Shown here: one piece after another, positions 43,626-52,500 of the stretch
Position numbering within the stretch: position 1 is the stretch's first letter
Layout of the letters: each line of letters begins with the position of its first letter
Assembly (NCBI GenBank): GCA_041659045.1
Contig: JBAZZB010000004.1
Location: 28,129 to 92,128 of the forward strand
Source: Patescibacteria group bacterium
GTDB lineage: Bacteria; Patescibacteriota; Patescibacteriia; SG8-24; DYFX01
Reading direction: 5' to 3'
Length of the DNA: 64,000 nucleotides
Notes under the pieces: model-generated
What the model saw: the letters and a program-made list of their open reading frames with translations, nothing else
What the model was told of the DNA's origin: nothing
Databases searched by the model: none
Position numbers and translations under genes: made by a program

Positions 43626-44541
43626 AACAGCGCTCGTCACCGGTGGTGCCGGTTTCATTGGCTCGCATCTTGTCGATCGTTTGATCGCCGAGGGTTTTAC
43701 GGTCGCGGTCGTCGATGACCTGACGAATGGACGACGCGAGTACCTTCACCCTGACGCGCACTTTTATAAGATCAGTATTACCGATCCGAAACTCGGTATC
43801 GTCTTTGCGGCAGAAAAACCGGAAACCGTCTTCCACCTCGCTGCACACATCGACGCGCGCGTCTCAGTGGAAGATCCGATTCATGACGCCGAAGTAAATG
43901 TGCACGGCTCTCTCCGCGTCTTGAAGGAATGCCTGAAGCACGGCGTGAAGAAAATTATCTTCTCCTCATCGGGCGGTGCGATCTATCACGACACCAAGAA
44001 ATTTCCGACGCCGGAAACCGAAGCGCCATCGCCGCTTACGCCCTACGGCGTTTCAAAGCTCGCCTTCGAATATTATTTGGAAACCGCGGCACATCACTAC
44101 GGTCTTTCCTACGTCGCGCTTCGCTACGCCAACGTCTACGGCCCGCGCCAAGATCAAAAAGGGGAGGGCGGCGTGATCGGTGTCTTTTGCAAGATGTTAA
44201 AAGACGGAAAAACACCCAAGATTTTTGGCGACGGCAAGCAGACGCGCGATTTTGTCTATGTCGGCGATGTCGTGGACGCCAACATGAAAGCGATGCGTGC
44301 CAAAGAATCCGGTGCCTACCACATCGCAACAGGCAAAGAAACAAACGTGAAGAATGTTGCCGCACTGATCGCCAAGGAATATGGCTGGAATGGCGTTTTT
44401 GGACGCGGTCCGACGCCAGCCGGCGACGTTCGTCGTAGTTGTTTGAAACCGCACCTCGCCAAGAAAAAACTCGGCTGGCAAGCGCGCGTGAAGATTCAAG
44501 ATGGAATCAAGCATACCGTCGCTTGGTTCAAGACGCGTTGA
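43597..44541 (+). CDS. NAD-dependent epimerase/dehydratase (GalE/UDP-sugar 4-epimerase-like)
   Basis: TGGAGFIGSHL Rossmann motif, and YxxxK (PYGVSKLAFEYY). It overlaps the prfB 3' end by 29 nt in another frame. Confidence 0.75.
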   Translation: MPKTTKTKNKTALVTGGAGFIGSHLVDRLIAEGFTVAVVDDLTNGRREYLHPDAHFYKISITDPKLGIVFAAEKPETVFHLAAHIDARVSVEDPIHDAEVNVHGSLRVLKECLKHGVKKIIFSSSGGAIYHDTKKFPTPETEAPSPLTPYGVSKLAFEYYLETAAHHYGLSYVALRYANVYGPRQDQKGEGGVIGVFCKMLKDGKTPKIFGDGKQTRDFVYVGDVVDANMKAMRAKESGAYHIATGKETNVKNVAALIAKEYGWNGVFGRGPTPAGDVRRSCLKPHLAKKKLGWQARVKIQDGIKHTVAWFKTR

Positions 44542-44542
44542 T

Positions 44543-45163
44543 ATGTGGATCGCCAAAATTGATTTGAAAAAGCCCGACGCAGCGACGCTTGAAAAAGCCT
44601 CCGCGGCCTTGCGGCAAGGAGGCATCATCGTCTATCCGACCGAGACGGCCTATGCGCTCGGTTGTGATCCGCGCAATCCAGTAGCACTCAAAAAAATATT
44701 TTCGATCAAGAATCGCGACGCCTCCAAATCGCTACCGCTCATCGCTGCGTCCATAACGATGGCTCGCAAGTTCGCCGTGCTCGACCGCTACGCTTCGATG
44801 CTCGCCGATGCTTTTTGGCCCGGCCCGCTCACGCTCGTCGCTCCTCGGGTACCTGGTACCAAAGGGACAGGTGAGATTGCGCTCAGGGTGAGCCCAGCGC
44901 CGTGGGCCAAAGCGCTTTCTTTGGCGATAGGGAAGCCGATTGTTTCGACTTCGGCCAATCTTTCTGGGAGAAAAACGAGGTATGACGTTGCTTCTGTTCT
45001 TCGGGATTTAGGCTCCTTGCCTGACATGGTTCTTGATGCGGGCGTGTTGAAGGCGGCTCCACCATCCACCATTGTTCGTGCACAGGGCGGCTTTGTTGAG
45101 ATTCTTCGCGAGGGCTCGATTTCCGAAGACGATCTGCACCGCGCGCTCATGAAGCGTCTTTGA
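44543..45163 (+). CDS. tsaC: L-threonylcarbamoyladenylate synthase (YrdC/TsaC)
   Basis: GGIIVYPTETAYALGCD and VSTSANLSG are YrdC motifs. 206 aa. Confidence 0.75.
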   Translation: MWIAKIDLKKPDAATLEKASAALRQGGIIVYPTETAYALGCDPRNPVALKKIFSIKNRDASKSLPLIAASITMARKFAVLDRYASMLADAFWPGPLTLVAPRVPGTKGTGEIALRVSPAPWAKALSLAIGKPIVSTSANLSGRKTRYDVASVLRDLGSLPDMVLDAGVLKAAPPSTIVRAQGGFVEILREGSISEDDLHRALMKRL

Positions 45164-45164
45164 T

Positions 45165-45944
45165 ATGCCGATTCGCCGCTACGGACAACATTTTCTGACC
45201 GACAAGACAATCATTGCGAAGATTGTCGCTGGTTCTGGTATTACAAAGGACGACTCGGTACTAGAAATCGGTCCTGGTCGAGGTGTTTTAACGCGCGCGC
45301 TCGCGGCTTCGGCTAAAAAAGTCCTGACCGTGGAGATCGATCGGCGGCTTCACGCGCTTTTGGAAGAAGAAGGGTTGCCAGCAAACGTCGAACTGCTTCG
45401 TGTCAACGCGCTTGAGCTTGATGAGGCCGCGCTCGAAGCCTCTCTCGGTGTCGATTGGAAGCTTGTCGCCAACCTGCCGTACGAAATTACGTCCAAAACG
45501 CTCGAAACATTTTTGCCGATGCGATCAAAAACCGGCAAGGGTCCCACGTCGGTCACACTCATGCTTCAAAAAGAAGTAGGGGAGCGCGTCACGGCCAAGC
45601 CAGGCGACATGAACCGTCTCGCGATCTTCTGTGGATATTATTCCGAACCGAAAATTCTCTTTAACGTCTCTGCTGGAGCCTTCTCTCCGCCGCCAAGGGT
45701 GCAGTCATGCGTCGTTCGTTTTGATATTCGGCCCTCGATAGCTCTTGATGGTCGACAAGAAGGTACGTTTTTTAAGCTGATTGCTCTTGGTTTCTCGGAA
45801 AAGCGCCGCCAACTCAAGAATACGTTGCGTTCGATGCTTGGTGACAACACTGCAGCTCTCCTTACGGCCGCCGGCATCTCACCGGAAGCGCGTCCTGAAG
45901 AAGTTCCGCCTGAAAAGTGGATAACGCTCGCACAAAAGATGTGA
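45165..45944 (+). CDS. rsmA: 16S rRNA (adenine1518/1519-N6)-dimethyltransferase
   Basis: YGQHFL, EIGPGRG.LT, NLPY motifs of KsgA/RsmA. Confidence 0.85.
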   Translation: MPIRRYGQHFLTDKTIIAKIVAGSGITKDDSVLEIGPGRGVLTRALAASAKKVLTVEIDRRLHALLEEEGLPANVELLRVNALELDEAALEASLGVDWKLVANLPYEITSKTLETFLPMRSKTGKGPTSVTLMLQKEVGERVTAKPGDMNRLAIFCGYYSEPKILFNVSAGAFSPPPRVQSCVVRFDIRPSIALDGRQEGTFFKLIALGFSEKRRQLKNTLRSMLGDNTAALLTAAGISPEARPEEVPPEKWITLAQKM

Positions 45945-45956
45945 TACTATGAGGCC

Positions 45957-46556
45957 ATGCCCGCTGATCTGCCGATCACGGACGAAAGGCCGGGGGAGCA
46001 CCGCGCTGGGGCGTGGGTTGTTTTGGTTATGGGCCTGATAGGTCTCGGTCTCGGAGCCTACCAATGGCGCGCTTCATTCCGCGCCGCGTTCGTCAGTCAG
46101 GCCGGAACGTTCAAAACTCCGGACCAAGTCGAACAGGAGGAGATCGAAGCGATGAAAACAAAAGATACCGACAACGACACGCTCAGTGACTTTGAAGAAA
46201 CCTACGTTTACAAAACGAGCCCGTACCTCAACGACTCCGACTCCGACGAAACGGATGATGCGACGGAGCTGAAGGCGGGGGAGGACCCAAATTGTCCCAA
46301 AGGAAAAAGTTGCATCGAATCTGGGCTGGCCGCGACATCGTCGTCGACGGGTGCGGTGGCTAGCTCAACTGCCCAGATTGAAGAAGATGCGATGAAACAG
46401 CTCCTTAATCCGACGCCTGCGCAGATTCGCGCGCTCCTCATCCAAAACGGTGTGAAGGAAAGCGATCTCTCGGGTATCGATGACACGACGTTGCTGACGC
46501 TCTATCAGCAGTCGCTCCAGGAAGTCCAAGCCAATGCCGACAAGAACTCCAACTAA
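45957..46556 (+). CDS. bitopic acidic hypothetical protein (first gene of T4SS-like operon)
   Basis: 199 aa, one TM, then a D/E/S/T-rich ectodomain. It overlaps the giant gene's start. Confidence 0.5.
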   Translation: MPADLPITDERPGEHRAGAWVVLVMGLIGLGLGAYQWRASFRAAFVSQAGTFKTPDQVEQEEIEAMKTKDTDNDTLSDFEETYVYKTSPYLNDSDSDETDDATELKAGEDPNCPKGKSCIESGLAATSSSTGAVASSTAQIEEDAMKQLLNPTPAQIRALLIQNGVKESDLSGIDDTTLLTLYQQSLQEVQANADKNSN

Positions 46557-49500
46557 GATCCTCGTCGCCGCCCTGATCGCGTTCTTTATTGTTGCCAAAC
46601 CAGCGGCAGCGCAGTTTGGAATCCCTCAAGTCGTGGTTGATCCTGGAGCAAATGCGCAACTCGGTATTGCGAATGCGAACTTGGCCGCGCAAACTGCACA
46701 AGGGACGGTACAAACGACTGATACCGTCAAGCAGTCGGCATGGCAGGTGCTCAAAACGTCGTTGACGAACACTGCGGCGCTCGCGCTTTTGAACGGTGCC
46801 AATTATTTTGCGCAAAAAGTAGCATACGACGCCGCTGTCTACCTTGCTTCCGGCGGCAGTGGTCAAAAACCATTCTTCACGACAGAAGGGCTTGGTAATT
46901 ATCTTCAAAACACCGCTGCGGACGCGGCTGGCGAAGTGCTTGGCACCCTGACGTCGGATCCTGCGAGCTTTGGAAAATACGGCATCAATCTTTGTGTTCC
47001 AAAAACACCGCAGCTTGCGTTGAATTTCAAAATCGGATTCTTGAACGGTTTGCCGGGTATTCTCGGTACAGGTGGCCCAACGCCACCGACGCCGAAGTGT
47101 TCATGGGACAGCATCTCTACCAACTGGGATTCGTTTGTCAGCCAGGATTCCTCAGAGGTTTTGGATCAGGTCGGTATCATGTTCACTCCCGGCGAAAGCT
47201 CTCTTTCGGCCGCGATCGAACTCAACAACATCGCGCTCCAGCAAATCGCCGAGAAGAACCTCGAATCGTACGGCGATTATTTGGCGAACAAAGGTTTTAA
47301 ACCGGTACGCGACTTCATTTCGCGCGACATCAAAACGCCTGCCTCGACCATTGAGAAACAGCTCGATATTTCGATGGAGCAGGGCTGGAAACAAGGAGAC
47401 CGCACCGTGGCTATTACGGGCAGTGCTTTCAATAATGCCGCGTTCGGCATTCTCCCTGCGGCGCTCCAGACCTTCGCAGGCGCGCTCTCGGAACAACTCC
47501 TGAAGAAAGTCTTCACGCAAGGCTTGATTTCGGTCAGCGACCTCATGGGCAGCAACGGCGATCAGGCGCTCAGCTTCGGTGCTTCGCCGCCCGCGGGTGG
47601 ACGCGCTTCCGCAGAGCTCGCCAACGCCTCTCTTTTGACACCGAAGATTTTGTCAATCACCAATTATAACGAATTGACGGATTTTGCGACCTGTCCGACG
47701 AGCGGCAATACGACCAATCATTGCGTGATCGATACGCAGTTCTATAACGCCGTCAGCCGTGCCGATCAAGGACAAGCCATGACCGTTCGCCAGGCCGTTC
47801 AGCAAGGATTCCTGAACCGCGGTTGGCAGTTGCTTCCGCTTTCGCACCGCAAAAACCTTGAGACAACCTGTTACGGAGAAGCGTTCTGCTATTCCAATCT
47901 CGTGAAGTTGCGCCTCGCGCGCGTTCTGCCGATCGGTTGGGAAATGGCGGCCAACTCGCCGTTCAATGATGTGAATCGTCCCGTCACGCTTGGCGAAGCG
48001 ATGGATCGTTTTGAAGACTGCCCGCGCGACCCCTCCGGAGGCGTCGACGAGACGAGATTGCCCGACCCGCTGCACCCGTGGTGCCACATGGTCGATCCGG
48101 AATGGGTCTTGAAGTACCCGTCCGCCATTTGCCGCCAGCAGGCACCCGGCCCGACGCTCCTCTCGCCGCAGTCCTCAGCACGTGCTGAAAGCTGTGTGGA
48201 CGTGACCTCGTGCATTTCTCAAGATGCGTCTGGAAACTGCGTGGGCGGCTACGGCTACTGCGTCCGTGAAAAGGGTGTGTGGAAGCTTGATGCCGACGCT
48301 TGCCCCGCCCAGTACTCAAGCTGCACTGTCTACAACCGCGCTGATGGCGCGACATTTGCGTTCCTTGCGAACACGCTCGATGCGGGTCCGTGCAATTTAC
48401 AAAATGCCGGTTGCCGCCAGTACAGCCTCTCCACGAACTCAGTACCAAACGGAAGTTTTGAAGATCTTTTGGCTGGTCAGCCTCGCGACTGGACGCTTTC
48501 CGCCGGTGCGCGCCTTCATCGTTCCGGCACGCTTTCTTCGCATGGTGTAAATGCGGTCGGAGTCCTTGCTGGCAATGGTGCGAGTGTGCGGATCCCGTCC
48601 TTGATGCCTGGGAAGAGCTATGCCATTTCCGCAGGCGTCGTCCAAGAACTCGAAGGAACTTCAGCCGTTGGAACGATCCGTCTTACGTTCTTCAAAGCTG
48701 ATGGTACCCCGGTTGATACGTCGACACTCTCAACGACGTGTGAAAGCGAAAACCTCGGTCGCGCTGTTTCGCTTGATATCGCAACGACGGTTCTTGGATA
48801 TCAGAATGGCTCTTGCACGGTTACGACCCCTCCCGGTACGAATTCGGCGCTCTTGGAAATCAGTTCAAGTGCTCCTGCTGCGGGTAACCGCACGTGGTTC
48901 GATGCGCTCGGTGTCTTCGGGGAAGGATTCTCCACTTCACCCTATGACGGCATCTTCTTGAACAGCCAAGCAACGACCTGTTCCTCAGACGATGCTGGTT
49001 GCACCGAATTTGTCCGTGTTTCGACGGGGACGTTGAACTTGGTGCGCAACTCAGGCTTCGAAGAAGCAAGCACTGCGACGAACCGCGCCTTGTTCTGGAA
49101 CCTGGATCCGGCACGGTACAACCACGACACGTTCGTTGGTTCGCAAGGTGCTTCGTCCGTCACGCTCTCGCCGACGCCGGTGAGCCAGGATGTCTACGGT
49201 GTGCTCTCTGACGCTTCGTATAGCTTCTCAGTCGCCACGCGTCACTCCGGAACGGGCGCGGCACCTAACGCGCTTGCGACGATTCAGTTGTACGACACGA
49301 GTCCGACGCCTCAGGCCGTTTCACCGGTTACGGTCGATGGCTGCACGCTTTCTGGCTCATCCATGCAGCTCAATTTGGCTGTGGGGAACGAGTTCCAGAA
49401 CACGACGTGCTCGTTTACGACACCTTCCGATATCGGATACGCCAGAATCATTCTCACATCCAACTCTCCGACCGAGGACGTGTTGGCAGACGCCGTGCAA

Positions 49501-52500
49501 CTTGAACTCTCCGTTGGTGCGACCGCCTATCATGACGGCTATGCAAGTTCGGCGCAGCACGTGAACTTGAAGAAGGCTCCTGTCGGGCTCGACTGCTCTG
49601 GCGATGATCGCTCCGCTGAGTGCAGCAAGTACGCCCCTTCCTGCCGTCGCGACGAAGTCGGTTGTAACGCATACAACCCGATTGATGGCGGTACGGCTAT
49701 TACGGCAGTCACCACATCAAACGATGCTTGCCCTGTCGCCTGCGCTGGCTACGACACGTTCCGCCAGGAGCCGACGCAGTTCAACGAGTCGCGTTTCCCG
49801 CTCTTCTTGATTCCGAAGAGTGCGGAAGTTTGCACGGCCAACGAAGCAGGCTGCACCGAATTCACCAATATTGAAAAGCTCGCGCAAGGCGGCGAGTCGC
49901 GCGAATATTTCACGTACCTGCGCCTCTGCACCAAGCCGGACGATCAATCCGGTACCTACTATACGTGGGAAGGCAACGATGTGCGCGGATACCAACTCCG
50001 TTCGTGGTCGTTGCGCCGCAGCAACAGCACGTCGGTCATCAACGACTCCGACCCGACGGGTGGAACAGCGCCGTGTACGAAGCTCGCGTATGACGCAGCG
50101 GGCCAACCGCGCTGCGCCGATGACGCAGCAAGCGTTTTGGCTGCTTCCTGTACCAGAACGGACATCTCCTACAATCCCGACTGCCGCGAATTCTACGATG
50201 TTGACGGTAATATTCACTACCGCCTCTACTCGAAGACGATTCTCTCGACGGACAGCTGCCGCGAATACCGCATCACCAAGAGTTCGGAGACGGAATGCCG
50301 CGACCATGGCGGTCGCTGGCAGAACAACGAATGCCGCTACCTCGCCTACGCGCCGGAGAGCGCCTCTTGCGCTGCGACTGCTAAGGACTGCCGCGCGTAT
50401 TCCGGCAATGCTTCTCGTAACGTGCGTGTGATCGTCACGAACACCTTTGAAGTCGGAACGACGGAAGGTTGGACGGCGGCTCCAGGCGGCGGAAGCACGT
50501 CCGATGTCGTGAACAGTAACGAAGCTGTTTCGGCTGGCGGTCACTCGCTGAAAGCGACACGTGCGAACGTGACGAGCAATGTTTCTGGTCAGATCCGCAA
50601 AGGAAAATCATACCTCCTCACGTTCTGGGCTAAGGGCACAGGTGATTTGTCGGCACACTTGAGCCAAGCCGGCGATGAAAGCTTTACGTTTAATCGCACG
50701 ACCTCCACAGAATCACCAGTCAACCTGACGACGGAATGGCGCCCGTACCAGATTGGTCCGGTCGAAGCGATTAATGCTCCAGAAACAACTGAACAATTGA
50801 TCTTCGAGCGCCTCGGTGGGGGAGCGCCACTCTTCTTCCTTGATAACATCGAGCTTCGTGAGATCACTGACGATGTCTACTTGATTGAAGAATCGTGGGA
50901 GACACCGCTTGTCTGCGATCAGACGCCTTCTGGCGCTTCTTCACCGCAGTACATGCTCGGCTGCCGCGCCTACAAAGACCGAAGCAACACACAGTCGACG
51001 TTCAAGTCGTTTGAAAAACTGTGCCGCCCTGAAGCGGTCGGTTGCGAAGCTCTGTATGACACGAGGAACTCGGCGTCTCCGTTCGCGCAGACCTTCCGAG
51101 CCGTCTGTACGATCGCGGCCTCCTGTGTGCCTGGCTCTGGTTTGACGTGTCCGTGCGCTGTTGATGGCGCGACGGTCTGTCAGGTAACGAGAGGGGAGAC
51201 GAGCTGCCGGTATGACATCAACGACGATGTTCCGGCTTCACGCGTGAGCCCTACTGGCGACACCGTTCGCGTTTCTCCTGACGGCGTTGAGTATCTCGTG
51301 AACGACCTTCGCTATCGCTGCGATTCCGATGCGATCGGTTGTACCGCGATGGGCGACAAGCATATGAACAGCGCGCGCGACGCCGTTGATACTTGGAGCA
51401 CGGTGTATCTCCGCAACGTGCCGTCCGACTACGCGCGCACCCTCTGCAACGCGCCGGAACAATACTGCCAGGCCTACACGAAAAAAGCCGACGCATCGCC
51501 GGTCTTCTTCAAGGATCCTGAAGCGCGCATTTGTGAATTCCGTGATGGTGCCGCTGCGGGAAGCCGTGGTTGGTTCAAGAAGGGGACAAGCGATCCGTGC
51601 GATCCGACCTACCTTGAATCGGGTGACCGCTACGGCATCTGGAAGAACTCCGACGCGGCCTACGACGGCTGGGCGGGTGTCTGTTCTCCGCAGCACGACA
51701 TGTGTAAAGAGTTCATTGATCCGGTCGCAACGTCGTCCTCCTTCCCGAACGGAACGCCGTATTACGCGATTTTCAACGATCGCCTGGACACCAAGACGTG
51801 TCAGAACCGCGTGAGCTTGAATGAGTCGCCGTCGGGCGCGAACGCCGCTTCTGCCTGCGTCCTCTTCTGGCAGACAGATAACCTGACCAAGATCTACAGC
51901 GCTACGGCGACGTACGCCCTCTCCGATTCTCAGCGCGGTGCGCTCGTCGCTCCGCAACCAGGCGGTGCACTCAGTGATTCCAACACCATCATCCGCGTGC
52001 AACGTGATCGCCAGTGCGGCGAATGGCTTGATTGCCGCTCGCGCCGAACCGTCTTCAATGCTTCGACGGGTCAGTATCAAAACGTCTGCACGTCCTACAG
52101 CTTGTGCGCCGAATTCGAGCGTATCGGCAATACGACGCGCTGTGTCCGTTATGTCGAAAGCAGCTATTCGGGCACGACGCTCACGCCGGATATTTACTCG
52201 GCGCGCACGGTCGGATCGAAAGGTATGGATTACTCCGGTCTCGCGATTCCGAACCGCTATCCGGTGGACGAACTCGTGACCGTGAACGTTGGAGCGAGCG
52301 TTACGAAGCCGGATCTGCGACTCGTCTACGTCGGAGGCACGTGTAACGGTGCTTACGGAACATTCTGCGGTCCGGCTGATGACCAAGGCAGTTGCTTGGG
52401 TCCGGCTGGCAGCAGATTGTGTGTGCACCCGATCGACGGAGGTCGCCTCATTACATCAGAAGCACAGCTCAACCAACCGCAAATCGTCTCCGGTTATCCC